NCBI GenBank assembly: GCA_051362555.1
Contig: CM120641.1
Span: 41,298,401-41,362,400, forward strand
Length of the DNA: 64,000 bases
Direction: 5' to 3'
Source of the DNA: Lingula anatina
Taxonomy: Eukaryota > Animalia > Brachiopoda
The notes under the pieces are model-generated. The model searched no databases and was not told where the DNA came from. It saw only the letters and a program-made list of their open reading frames with translations. The position numbers were made by a program, and so were the translations under genes. Shown one piece after another: positions 26,801-38,672 of the stretch. Position 1 is the first letter of the stretch. Each line of letters opens with the position of its first letter.

Positions 26801-29035
26801 TTTGTTAAAGAGACTTCGTAAGCCAAAGGGCGAGACGAGAACGCAATTTTCGTATCGTCAGCGTCGCAATCCGAGTGAAACGAGAAAGCTCATACTCGTT
26901 CAGTTGCTTTCGTTTGCGGCAGATCGTCAGCCGGAGATCGTTCTCGATTGTTTTTAACCCTCCAACCCTCCCCATTGGAATTTATAATTTTTAAAAATAT
27001 TTTTCATTTCATTTGTACATTTCAAGGGACTTCATTAGCGGAAGATCGTCAGCGGGAGATCGTGAACGATCTGAGCGAGACAAGAAAGCAATAATGGTGA
27101 TCTTTATTGCAGCTCTTAATATTGCTCTTTTGTTCTGTTAGTGAAGTCTCTACTGTTAACAATGCTATTGTGCGCCTCAGCAAAACTATCGATCGCTATC
27201 TCACACCGAATACTGCGGTAAAGAAACAACAGCCCGACAGTACAACTCTTAATAGATTCTCCTGTTATCTGAATGAATGGATATGACGATGTTGTTTAGC
27301 GTCCTAAACTAACTGTACTGATCGTTATCTTGCACCTTGGGCCGCACACGTAGTACTCAGGTAAAGGTACGCTAGGGCAACATTGCCGACCGTTAGATCT
27401 TTATAAGCGCGAGAATAGCCCGGTGGCCGATTTTAGGTGTACGAAATTCACGAAATGAAGATCGCGCAAAATTGCTTACTGGCCGAAATTCATGGTCCAG
27501 AAAAAACTCCAGGCGGCCGATTTTAAGAGCCGTTCGAAATTTAAGAGCCGTTCGAAATTCATGGCACTTTACCGTACTATAGGAAAGAGATTTTCTTGAT
27601 GATGTCTAACGTTTTTGCAAGTGCAGACTTATTTAAATTAAAGATTTAAGGAATCGGAATTTAAAAAAAAATTGGCAATGAGGGAAAACTGTAATACACT
27701 GTTTCAATGTACAGCCATTGCAAACACTGTTTCCTTGTGGACAGTCATTATAATTCAGTACATGCTCAGAATATTTCATACCCTTATTGTATTTTACACA
27801 AAATTATTAATTATATTTCTAAGCATTGAATATTTGTCAGTAGATAATAATGACTATCCCACTTTGTGACCTGTTTGCAGGGACCTCACTGGTACATATG
27901 GTTGGTTTACCTAAGCCATGAAGTTTTTGTTTTTCAGCTCTTTTAAAGATATCATTTTAGCTGTGGTTAACAACTGCTGACAGGGATATTATGTCCAAAA
28001 TAGATTTGAAAAATTGTGTACAAATATAAAGTTGAGCTTCATGTCTAATGATTTTCATGATGTACATTACATGTAAATCTATTGATATTGCATTCCTGTC
28101 GTTGTTTTTCAGCCCTGTTAAAAACAAAGTCGTGGTCAATGATCGCTGGGGCAGTCGCACTCTGTGCAAACATGGAGACTACTATACCTGCCAAGATCGC
28201 TACAATCCAGGTTATATTAAGATGTTGAGAATTTTTTGTTGTAATTTTAACCCTTCACTTGTGACATTGGTAAGAAGTGTTGAAAACAGTTCTGAAAAAG
28301 TTACATAGCTAAGGACAAAATTTAATATGTTACTCACATGCATTATCTAATTTAAATTGGCCTGATGTAGATAATAAATGAATTTTTTTTGTCAGTTTAG
28401 TTTTTTATAATTTAAATATTTGTACATCCATGAAATAAACAACCAATTTATATGTACAGACATAGAAGTTGTCTGCATATACTGTAATCACTTACCTCTA
28501 GAAAGTGTCTGTATATATTGTTATCACTCACCACTGCTGGAACTTTTTTTAGTTTCAACAAAGGCAACTCATGGTTTAACAAAATGAATGTTTCAGGCAA
28601 GCTGCAGAATCACAAGTGGGAGAATGCCATGACAATTGACAAATTATCCTGGGGTTATCGGCGTAATGCACCTCTCAGTGACTACCTCACCATGGTAGAA
28701 TTGACCACTACAATAGCTGAAACAATCAGGTAAGAAATTATGTTCTTATGGGCCTGTTTCTCTTTTTATTATTTTCATCTTATTTAATTATCTTATTTTT
28801 ATTTATTTATTTATTTGTTTGTTTTTTTGCCAGTTGTGGAGGCAATATTCTGGTGAACATAGGTCCCACTGCCGATGGGCGTATTCCCCCAATTTTTGAG
28901 GAAAGACTTCGCCAGATGGGCCAGTGGCTGAAAGTGAATGGCGAGGCCATCTATGGTTCAAAACCTTGGGCATTCCAGAATGATACAGCTACTCATGGAG
29001 TCTGGTAAGTAAGGCAATATGATTAATGACCCAAT

Positions 29036-29083
<48 letters not shown>

Positions 29084-29810
29084 ACACCCAAGGTTTTATT
29101 TCACATATTCATACAAAAGAATTTCAATTTTGAATATGGATTTGAAAAGCTTGAAAATTGTCATAGTAATTATCTATTGTAAGACATGTAAGTTTTAAGA
29201 TTTTATATAATTTTATGATTCTATCAACTACATTTGAAATTTAAATTTTAACCCAGTTCTTGAAAATATATATTAGTATATATTTTAATGACCACAATGT
29301 CTTTTTTAGAATTATAGATTTTAGTATTGTGAATTATTACAAGTATCATTATTACAAAAAAATTAACAGATATGCATGAACTAGGTGAATTATGTGAAAC
29401 TTTACTTTCATAGTTTTCACTCATTACCTAAAATATACACGTCTTCACATCATTTTGATCGCCTCTCTCAGGAACAATAGAAATTGTGCAGTAGTTATTA
29501 TATTCCATAAATAATGTATTCAATACATTTATGTAAATTTACATTCATTTTCAGGTACACCTACCAGAAAGCCACAGATTCTGTGTATGCCATTGTCACA
29601 GGTGGAAAGATGCCATTTGGAAAACTGATGCTGGGTGCGCCCAATCCATCTCCTGGAACTCAAGTAACCCTGCTGGGATATACAGGAGGACCCTTTCGGT
29701 TTGACAGAAATCCACCAGGGGGCATTGCTATCGATGTCCCAGCAATACCAGCAAGTCAGATGCCGTGTGATTGGGCATGGACTTTCAAATTCACCCAGTT
29801 GGCAAATTGA
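20886..29810 (+). CDS. FUCA: Alpha-L-fucosidase (GH29, FUCA1/FUCA2 family), isoform using first exon 1a
   Basis: Exons 20886-21229, 22915-23021, 23431-23561, 24027-24160, 28113-28210, 28597-28729, 28834-29004 and 29555-29810, with phases consistent. Motifs: signal peptide, [40 protein letters not shown] (catalytic nucleophile Asp), [26 protein letters not shown] and [10 protein letters not shown]. Confidence 0.95.
21368..21735 (+). CDS. Alternative first coding exon 1b of the alpha-L-fucosidase
   Basis: It has its own ATG in a good context (ACCATGG) and its own hydrophobic signal peptide. The intact frame is homologous to exon 1a ([19 protein letters not shown]...EWFWWWWKG...[11 protein letters not shown]). 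It ends AA|GTGAG in the same phase 2 as exon 1a, so it is compatible with the exon at 22915. Confidence 0.8.
21746..21963. mobile_element. Palindromic MITE, family A relative
   Basis: TIRs GCATTCCCACAGATTTTAGATCGATC / GATCGATCTAAATCTGTGGGAATGC. The internal CTTAAATGTCTG...GGGGTTAATTAA is shared with copies at 13440, 19085 and 35390. Confidence 0.7.
24293..27574. mobile_element. 3.3-kb non-autonomous Tc1/mariner-pogo-type DNA transposon in a fucosidase intron
   Basis: ~25-bp TIRs: CGGTAATGTGCCATGAATTTCGAAC at the left end and GTTCGAAATTCATGGCACTTTACCG at the right end (1 mismatch). Both sides are flanked by TA. The interior is CpG-rich, unlike the host intron. No DDE/D transposase ORF was recognised. 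Confidence 0.8.
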
Positions 29811-31002
29811 TGACATAAGATTCTTAGGCTCTCAGTGCAGCCAGATTGGATCGTTTTGATTTAAATGCTTAAATCTTGTTACCTGAATTCATTTGAGACT
29901 ACAACCAACTACATTTTTCCAATCAGTTGAAATACATTAAAACTTGCTGACTTTGTCAGCACTGGTACATGTATAAGCATAAAAATGTTTAATTGTCTTC
30001 ATATTATAGTTAACTGAAAAGCATAATCATTCACAGTTTCATCTGTGTTAAAGCATTAGGGATTTATCTATTTATGTATGAAAGCAAATCAATCAAGAAG
30101 TATATAATATTGTTAATCAGATGAATCTCTGCATTAAAAGCTGCAGATTCCTCTTTGGCAGTCATACAGCTGTTGGCAGCATACAGCTGTGTTTTTGCAA
30201 CCTCTACATGTACCGACATGAATGTTAGACAGAAGGCAGATTTATGTACAATTATTACCAATTTATCTTTTCATATCGTATTGTTATCATTGATTTACAA
30301 AAAGGATAGATGTTACTTCGAAATGTGTTGCTCAAATGCACATCATTTAACTTATATTGTAGAAATTGATGTGTACTACACATGGAATTGTAAGGTTTTA
30401 ATTTTGATATGCAACTGGTGTTTATATGGGTTTGATACAGGTGTTTGTTTGAATACCTCTTCTTAAAAACTGACATGCTACTATTATGATGAAAAAATTT
30501 AATATGAACAAAACAAGAGCTTGTGATATAAAATACATTCCGTGCAATGTTTGTATGAAAATAATGGATATTAATAGTTATCTGAAACTGACCTTCGTTT
30601 CTGAAGAGTTACTGAAATATAATAAAGGATATAAATCCAAGAGAAATAATTTCATTACATTGTGTTATGTAATACAATACATCTAAAGTTTAATACTTTA
30701 CAATTTTCTAAATCATGGTTTGTAAAATTGTTTTCAAGCCAAGGGGGTTGAACTCCCAAGAAGAAGGACATTGCTAGTCCTGGTATTTTGACTACACAGT
30801 ACACTCGAAATAATACGTGAAGAGAGAAACTATGTATCTTGGCTTTCTTCGTCCCTAATGTTCTACAGGTGCTGAGCTTTCGAGAAAATTAATTATTGAT
30901 AACCATATCTTTAAGCAAATGATAGCATTTAAACTTTTTCACTGTATTTTGTTGCATTTCCCTTGATTCGTCAAAATTTAACACCTTTTAGTTTTGACAA
31001 AA

Positions 31003-31012
31003 TTTCGGTTTC
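31003..31012 (-). promoter_or_regulatory. ISRE/IRF-element-like motif upstream of small-gene copy 1
   Basis: TTTCGGTTTC (GAAACCGAAA on the - strand), ~320 bp upstream of the ATG. The same motif in the same context lies upstream of copy 3 (40450-40459). Confidence 0.4.
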
Positions 31013-31327
31013 AAGATTTTTATCAAACCTGCCTTGTACTGTTTAAACATTGCACGTCCTAGATAGACTGACAAAAGAGGCATGTACTGTGCACTTCTCC
31101 TTCTTTATATAACAAGGAGGCCTATGGATCAGGGTTAACAACGCCCGCGATAAACATTTGTCGAGGCACGCAGGCGCATTTCTTTATTATTGTTGTTAAG
31201 GATAAAGATTTAATCTGTCTGACAACGGCCGAATATAGAAAACTGGCTGACCCAGATTTCCACTGTTCGGTGACGTGATTGATTAGTTGAGGCGAATCAT
31301 AAACCAAGATACCGGGTATCTCTGCCG

Positions 31328-32129
31328 ATGTCTAAACACGTAAGGACACATTCATGTTTGGTTTTCACAGTTACGATTTATCTCTAAGGTTGTTTTATTT
31401 GTTATCTGATTTGAATGCCACACAGTTTAATGTAACGGTAATTTTTGTTTACTTTCGATTTGCCTTTCGTTGCAGGCGAAGTACGCCATTCCTCTGTTCT
31501 GCGTTGGACCTAACATGCAAGATGGTGATTGTATTGAAACCACGGTAAAATACGGTGTTTGCTCCAGGAATGATGTCCGATTCACACTCGCTCTTGGACC
31601 AGGGGTGACTTGGTGGAAAGGATTGATCTTGTTTCGGAAAAACGAAAGAAACAAGTACCAGGTGAGTGCAATCGTTCAAGAGTTGTATGTGAACATATAT
31701 GTGTATGAATCGGGTTAAAATTACGTACACTCTCCTTGTTTATCCTTTTCATTATGTTTATTTTAATAAGTTTAATACTTTAAAAAGTTCAACACGTTAA
31801 TATTATTTTAAGTAAAGCAAGTAAAAAGAGAAAAGGTGTGAAAAAGATTTCTATACAGACAACTTACTTTTTTACTTTGTATAATCATCTTGTTTATTTC
31901 TTTTTATCTAAACCCTTTAAATTTTGATTCTTTCAAGATTCTGACCGAACTGCAAGATGACCAGCACTCTGTCACTGTTACTATTGGGCGCCACATGTTG
32001 GAACAGAATCACCTAGTTTTCAGCAAGGCCAAAACATTTGGAATTCACACCAATCTGTATCATATTGAGGATGCAGCCACAGCTTTGGAAGGAGGTGCTC
32101 ACTACACGTTCACTTGGGTTAAGGACTAG
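31328..32129 (+). CDS. Uncharacterised 129-aa protein, tandem copy 1
   Basis: Micro-exon 31328-31339 (ATG TCT AAA CAC|gtaag), exon 31476-31661 (186 nt) and exon 31938-32129 (192 nt to TAG), all phase 0. Protein: MSKHAKYAIPLFCVGPNMQDGDCIE...GPGVTWWKGL...FSKAKTFGIHTNLY...GGAHYTFTWVKD. The identical structure recurs in two paralogs. Confidence 0.85.
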
Positions 32130-32273
32130 CCAACACTAAGCTGATCTTTTTCATTGGTGGAGATATCTCACTCTACAGAGGGACTAGTTATAAATATTAA
32201 TTTAACTGTGCATTTTGGATTCGACGTTGTTCTTTTTCGTGTTTTTGAACACGTTTTACTGTTATATACTTAA

Positions 32274-33068
32274 AGGTACATACGAACCGAGCAACGCTGG
32301 AGCGTGGATTCCCAGTAATGCCCCTATTTCACAAAGACCACGAATCCCACGAATGGCCAGGAATTGAAAATTTCAGGATTTGTGGTTGAATCGTAATCAG
32401 TCCGTGAAGTTCTTAACAGATTTGTATATATTCGTAGTCAGTTCTTGCACTTCTTGACCAACAGGAATTAGTGGCAGAAACTTTGAGCTGTTCAAAATTT
32501 TCGCCACGAACGCCCGATTCCAAAAAATTGTAGTGAATTTCTGGACAATATTCGTGCGATTCCAGCCGAATCCCACGAAAATTCGTAACACTATCTCACC
32601 TGTATCGTAACTGAATCGTAGAGCGTGTCGCATTAGACCAGAAAATTGGCAAAATCTCACGAATTTTCACGAATCCTGAAATTTGTCAATTCCTGGCGAT
32701 TCGTCGGATTCGTGGTCTGTGTGAAATAGGGGCATAACACATGTAAACCACTTCTACTAATTTCTTATACGACTCAAATAAATTCGACATGCCAATGGAT
32801 AAATTGAATAGATCACTCGATCAGCCATAAAAGAACTTTAGACTGCTCCTTTCTTAAAATTTTTGGTCGAAATTTGACCTACTTTTGAGACCTACTTTTC
32901 TGCCCCATTGACATACAGCATAGAATGCTAACAGAAAAATCCGTTCAGACATCATTTTTGGGTAAAATAAAACAATGCCTTTTGGTAATTCTTTTAGTTA
33001 TACTACTTGAAACTATATGCTGACATTTGGTCAGTTTTTGTGGCAAAAGATTGACTTTGTATGCATCT
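32274..33068. mobile_element. Kolobok-like non-autonomous element (TTAA TSD) in the 3' region of copy 1
   Basis: Flanked by TTAA at 32270-32273 and 33069-33072, with short imperfect TIRs AGGTACATACGAA / TTTGTATGCATCT. It is absent at the paralogous position of copy 2 (CATACTTGGTAAAATGCCTTTG, ~36705-36726). Confidence 0.7.
32319..32734. mobile_element. PIF/Harbinger (Tourist-like) MITE nested in the Kolobok-like element
   Basis: ~65-bp TIRs beginning TGCCCCTATTTCACA.AGACCACGAATCC, with a TAA target-site duplication on both sides. Confidence 0.8.
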
Positions 33069-33380
33069 TTAATAAAATGCCTTTGTCTCAACACATTCGT
33101 TTTTTTTTTCATATATCTTTATTTACTCTTCGAAAAATCTATTACAGGGGCCCTGCCTTGCGTATTAAGTAGTTATTCCCTCTTAGGCTTTGTCGAACTC
33201 TTTGATCGCAGGTTGGGTTTAAAAAAATACATGTATTTAAACGCACATACACTGACTTCCGACACATCGATTAATATAGTATACACGTCATTTGTTGCAG
33301 ATTTAGTAGCAAATTAGATAAATGCGCCACATGCTTAAAATTAGGTCATGTTGTATGGAGATTTAGAAATAAGTGAACAA

Positions 33381-33535
33381 GGCCCCATTCAGAATAGGGG
33401 ACTAACTAGTCCCAGGGTCAAATATGGCGACCCACAACAAAGCTTGTCGTCTAATTGAAACTGAATAGATACATGTATCCTGTAGGGGTATTCAAGTAGG
33501 TCGCCATATTTGACTCTCGGACTAGTTAGTCCCCT
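33381..33535. mobile_element. MITE family B copy
   Basis: GGCCCCATTCAGAATAGGGGACTAACTAGTCC...GGACTAGTTAGTCCCC. A paralogous copy lies at ~37032-37437 (interrupted). It is absent from the third duplication unit. Confidence 0.6.
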
Positions 33536-33831
33536 AAGATTAATTATCTACCAGTATAAGGGTGACTCTCTGCCAATGTTCTACGTCTCATGCTCCTGTC
33601 GGCAAGTTTTTAAAGAGAACGTTGAAAAATCGGCCTTATTCTGTTGGATATAAATGTGCTTGTGTTTTTGTCATTTTGACATCAATTCACTCTTTTATAA
33701 CTAAGTATAACTTAGTAAGCTCCCTTAAAACTCCCTTCATCTTTAAAAATCGCTAAAAAGGAGTAGAAAAAGCATTTGAATATGCACTTAGCTGTAATTA
33801 CGTAATTTGGTTGGAAAAACAACGGTAAGAT

Positions 33832-33833
<2 letters not shown>

Positions 33834-33882
<49 letters not shown>
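33834..33882. repeat. (GT)n microsatellite
   Basis: A perfect dinucleotide run. Others occur at 29037-29082 (GT), 15195-15222 (GA), 35120-35148 and 38886-38942 (TA), 39252-39291 (TAA) and 47342-47381 (TTA). Confidence 0.9.
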
Positions 33883-33884
<2 letters not shown>

Positions 33885-33942
33885 GGGGGGGGGGGGTAGT
33901 AAAAGCAGCAGTAGAAATATAATAATAATTATAATAATAATA

Positions 33943-34978
33943 CAACTCAACGATCTGTTGAAACCGGTAGTCCAGCATGAGAGAAGCAAGAAACTCTGTG
34001 TCACGGGACGCTCAGAAGTTCATACAAGAATTAAATGTAACACCAACGACTATGAAAGACCAGGAACAAGTCACAAACTGCAAAGAGAACCAAACAAGCA
34101 GCAAAGGAATGTTGTCAAAAGAAAATGACAGAAAAATGGGAAGAAAAACCGACGCATGGGCAATACCCCAACAGAACTAAGAAAGCTGATAAGGAACAAG
34201 AACAGACACATCAGTGGCTACAAAGTACTGGCTTGAAGGCTGAGACTGAAGGAATGATGATCGCTGCACAAGATCAGAGTCTAGCAACACGATCCTACCA
34301 TCAAGGCATCATAAACGATGGAACAGACCCTATGTGTCGCATCTGTAATGAATTAGAGGAGACTATTGATCATATAGTCTCAGGCTGTCCGTCCTTTGCA
34401 GGAACAGAATACATCCAACGGCACGACAAGGCGGCAAGCTATATCCACTGGAAAATATGCAAGCATCACCAACTCCCAGCGCAGAAAAGTGGTATGATCA
34501 TCAAACACAGACAGTGACAGAGAATGAAAACATCACAGTACTCTGGGACACGCCGGTGAACACAGACAGAGAAATTTTTGCAAATAGGCCAGACATCATA
34601 ATCAAAAACAGACAAGAAAAGACATGCTTCATGATTGATATGACAGTCCCATCTGAACGAAACGTATCCATCAAGGAAGAAGAGAAGCTCTATAAATATA
34701 AAGATCTGGAAATTGAGGTGTCTAGAATGTGGGGTATGAAGACGACCACAGTACCTGTTGTAGTTGGAGCACTGGGCCTGTTCAAAAAAGGACTGGATAG
34801 GCAGGTCCAGCAAATACCAGGAAGCCCAACTGTCCGAGAGCTGCAGAAAATAATCTTGCTTGGTAGTGCGCATATCATCAGAAAGACGCTATCCATCTCA
34901 TGAACACTAAAATCGCCCCAGAGTCATTGTATGACTCCGGCATTTTAGTAATTATCAAAGGTCACAAGAATCTTCACA
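33943..34978 (+). mobile_element. 5'-truncated, frameshifted non-LTR retrotransposon with restriction-like endonuclease (Dong/R4-like)
   Basis: Three overlapping frames give HGQY...WL...LKAETEGMMIAAQDQ, a CCHC knuckle CRICNELEETIDHIVSGC, YIQRHDK, and an RLE motif NRPDIII...IDMTVP...KYKDL...VPVVVGALG. It is flanked on both sides by TAA repeats. Confidence 0.88.
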
Positions 34979-35117
34979 TAATAATAATAATAAACAGGTT
35001 GTGTATTCATTAGAAACATCAGAAAAATGTAAAGTACTCTTCTCAGTTATTTAAAAGGTCGGCTTCGCATCCGTGGACACCCCTTCAATTAATCTGGGAT
35101 TCGTCTCTACAATGAAC

Positions 35118-35157
<40 letters not shown>

Positions 35158-35387
35158 TTTTGGGGGGGGGGGGGGGGGCGAGGTACACCCCACTGACAGT
35201 ATAGTAAGCATTAAGTGAACTATTTTCTATTTCTGGTCCAAATATTATCAGTAAAAGAAAAACACTATTTCCTATTGCACCAAGTACTCGGTTAAGATGC
35301 AACTTTCTGACAATTTTTTCGGGAAACGTACGTAACGTAGTATTAGCCATGACGCAAAGCCCCTCGAGTTATAGTTTAAATATAACT

Positions 35388-35591
35388 CCCTGTACGTGGA
35401 GTCTCACGAAATTTTTATCAACTAACCGGCTTAAATGTCTGTCACGCCTTCCAAATCAGCCAGGGGGTAAAGATAATTACCCCCTAACAGCCTTACTAGG
35501 CGTGACAGACGTTGAAGCCGGCCAAGTTGACAGCAATTTAGTAAGACTCCCTAGGGAGTTAGATCGATCCAAAATCTGTGGGAATGGTCCC
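35388..35591. mobile_element. MITE family A copy directly upstream of small-gene copy 2
   Basis: CCGGCTTAAATGTCTG...GGGGTAAAGATAATTACCCC...GGGAGTTAGATCGATCCAAAATCTGTGGGAATG matches the 21746 element. Confidence 0.65.
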
Positions 35592-35728
35592 TTAAAGATA
35601 AAGATTTGACCTGACAACGGCCGATTATAGAAAAACGTCATCTGACTGACCCAGATTTCCGCTGTTTGGTGACGTGACTGATTAGTTGAGGTGAATGCCA
35701 AACCAAGATAACCGGTACATCTCTGCCG

Positions 35729-36571
35729 ATGTCTAGCCCTGTAAGGACACATTCGAAGCTTTCACAATTACGATTTATCTCTAATGTTGTTTTGTTTGTT
35801 ATCTGATTGAATGCAGCACAGTTTAAGGTAATGATAATTTTTGTTTAATTTAGATTTGCCTTTCGTTGTAGGCGAAGTACTCCATTCCACTGTTCGGCGT
35901 TGGACCTAACATGCAAGATGGTGACTGTATTGAAACCATGGTAAAATACGGCGTTTGTTCCAGGAATGATATTCGATTCACATTCGCTCTTGGACCAGGG
36001 GTGACTTGGTGGAAAGGATTGATCTTGTTTCAGAAAAACGAAAGAAACAAGTACCAGGTGAGTGCAATCGTTTAATTGTATGTGTACAAGTAAGTGTATG
36101 AATCGGCTTAAAATTACTCCAATCGAGTAAATATAGGGAACGCTTTAAAGGAAACGATCAAGATACCCTAGATCTAAAACTTACTGATTTTTTCACTCTC
36201 CTTGTTTATCTTTTTCATTATATTATAAAGTTCAGCTCGTTAATATTTCTTTTAAGTAAAGCAAGTAAAAAGAGGAAAGGCGTTTAGAAGATTTCTTTTC
36301 AGACAACTTACCTCTTGTACTTTGTATAATTATTTTGTTCGTTGCTTTCTATCTAAACCCTTTAGATTTTTTATTCAAGATTCTGACCGAACTGCAAGAC
36401 GATCAGCACCCTGTCATTGTTACTATTCGGCGCTACATGTTGGAACAGAATCACCTAGTTTTCAGCAAGGCCAAAACATTTGGAATTCACACCAATATGT
36501 ACCATATTGAGGATGCAGCCACAGCTTTGAAAGGAGGTGCTCACTACGCGTTCACTTGGGTTAAGGATTAG
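35729..36571 (+). CDS. Uncharacterised 129-aa protein, tandem copy 2
   Basis: Exons 35729-35740 (MSSP|gtaag), 35872-36057 and 36380-36571. Exon lengths and phases match copy 1 and the frame is open. Confidence 0.82.
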
Positions 36572-37450
36572 CCAACGCCAAGCTGTTCATTTTCATTGGT
36601 GGATACATCTCACTTTACAGAGGGACTATAAATATTTATTTGACTATGCATTTTGGATTGGAAATTGTTCTTTTTCGTGTTTTTTATCCACTGTTTTACT
36701 GTTACATACTTGGTAAAATGCCTTTGTCTCAACACATTCAGTTTTTTTTTTATATCTTTACTTACTCTTCAAAAAATCTATTACAGGGGCCCTGCCTTGT
36801 GTATTATGTAGTTATTCCCTCTAAGGCTTTGTCGAAATCTTTAACCGCAGGCTGCATTTAAAAAATATATCTATTTAAACGCACATACACTGATTACTGA
36901 CACTTCGATTAATATTGTTTACACGCCATTTGTTGCAGATTTTATTTAGTAGGAAATTAGATTGATGCACCGCATTCTTAAGATTAGGTCATGTTGTATG
37001 GAGATTTAGAATGTTATCAATTAAGTGAACAAGGCCCCATTCAGGCTTATAGACAGACCCATACATAAATAGTATTGTTTTCACAACTTTCATTACCCAT
37101 CCCACTCTGATATGTCATTCAGGTTTTAGAAATAGGGACAACAGCAACCACAACTCGAGATGCACGCTCCCACCCACTCATTTCGGAGTAGTTGCTTCAG
37201 AAGTCAGGACAGTGCTTCAGCCATACAAGGCAAGGATTGTTCCCGGTCCAGCCTACATGTGGTCATAGTTACTCACTGATTTAATGGGGACTAACTAGCC
37301 AAAGGGACATATATGGAGATCCACTACAAAACTTGCCGTCTAATTGACACTGAATAGATACATGTATCCCGTAGGGGAAGTATTCAAGTGGGTCGGCCAT
37401 ATTTAACCCTCGGACTAGTTAGTCCCTATTCCGAATGAAACACAAGATTA

Positions 37451-38672
37451 ACTAGATGGTGTCGATGGGTAGCCATCGTATATCCCCGCACTTCCCCATA
37501 TTATCAAGAGAAGCTCACCCCTAGGGACCACTTACCACACACTCACGTACGCACACACATACACACACATCACTGCTTCATCCAAAGGTATTAAAAAAAA
37601 ATATATATATGCAATGTGAAAATAATTTAGAATCAACCAACCCCCAAGGACAGCCCAACCCCCTGTGGCACTAAAATTCCAATGTGCTCATGCACATCCC
37701 TGATTATGGGTCTACCAATTCCCAAAATTTCAACTTCCTACATGCAATGGTCTAGGAGAAGATAGCAGAAATTACAATGTCATAAGTATTTAGAATCAAT
37801 CACCCCCAGGGACAGCCCAATCCCCTGTGGCACTAAAATTCCAAAGTGTCCATGCACATCCCTGATGATGGGTTAACTATTCACCAAAGTTTCAGCTTCC
37901 TAACTCTGATGGTCTAGGAGGAGATAGCAGAAATTTCAATGTGATAAAAATTTAGAATCAACCACCCCCTGGGGACAGCCCAACCCCCTGTGGCACCATA
38001 ATTCAAAAGTACCCATGCACATCCCTGATTATGGGTCTACTAATTCCCAAAGTTTCAGTTTCCTAACTTTAATAGTCTAGGAGGAGATAGCGGAAATTAC
38101 AATGTCTTAAGAATTTAGAATAACCCCCCCCCCCCCAGGGTACAGCTCAACCCCATGTGGCACTAAAATTCAAAAATGTCCATGCACATCCCTGATGATG
38201 GGTTAACTATTCAACAAAGTTTCAGCTTCCTAACTCTGATGGTCTAGGAGGAGATAGCAGAAATTTCAATGTGATAAAAATTTAGAATCAACCACCCCCA
38301 GGGACAGCCCAACCCTCTGTGGCACTAGAATTCCAAAATGCCCATGCACATCCCTGATGATGGGTGAACCAATTCCCAAAGTTTCAGTTTCTTATCTGTA
38401 ATAGTCTAAGAGGAGATAGTGGAAATTACAGTGTTATAAGAATTTAAAATCATCCACCCCCCATGGACAGCCCAACCCCCAGCCCTGTTGCACTAAAATT
38501 CCAAAGTGCCCATGCACATCCCTGAAGATGGGTCTACCAATTCCCAAAGTTTGAACTTCCTACCTGCAAAAGTCTAGGAGGAAATAGTGGAAATTACTAA
38601 CACACAGACGCACGGACGCACGGACGGGCGGGATAACATGATACCCGACTTTTGTCCCAAAAGTGCGGGGAT
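37451..38672. mobile_element. pearl/CvA- or DINE-1-like (Helentron-associated) non-autonomous element with an internal tandem array
   Basis: Starts AACTAGATG and has 13-bp subterminal inverted repeats TATCCCCGCACTT (37481-37493) / AAGTGCGGGGATA (38661-38673). It contains a GACGCACG/ACGG microsatellite (~38606-38630) and a 3' stem-loop CCCGACTTTTGTCCCAAAAGTGCGGG. The empty site AAGATTAAT(T/A)ATCT is present in the other two duplication units. Confidence 0.75.
37612..38598. repeat. Six tandem copies of a ~163-bp core repeat
   Basis: Units begin with ATTTAGAATCAA at about 37625, 37788, 37950, 38113, 38280 and 38442. They share GGACAGCCCAA, CATGCACATCCCTGA and GTCTAGGAG. Confidence 0.9.

Noticed and set aside
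37612-38598. Regular repeat array that could be mistaken for a CRISPR array
   Set aside because: The units are contiguous ~163-bp monomers with no unique spacers, there are no cas genes, and the context is eukaryotic.
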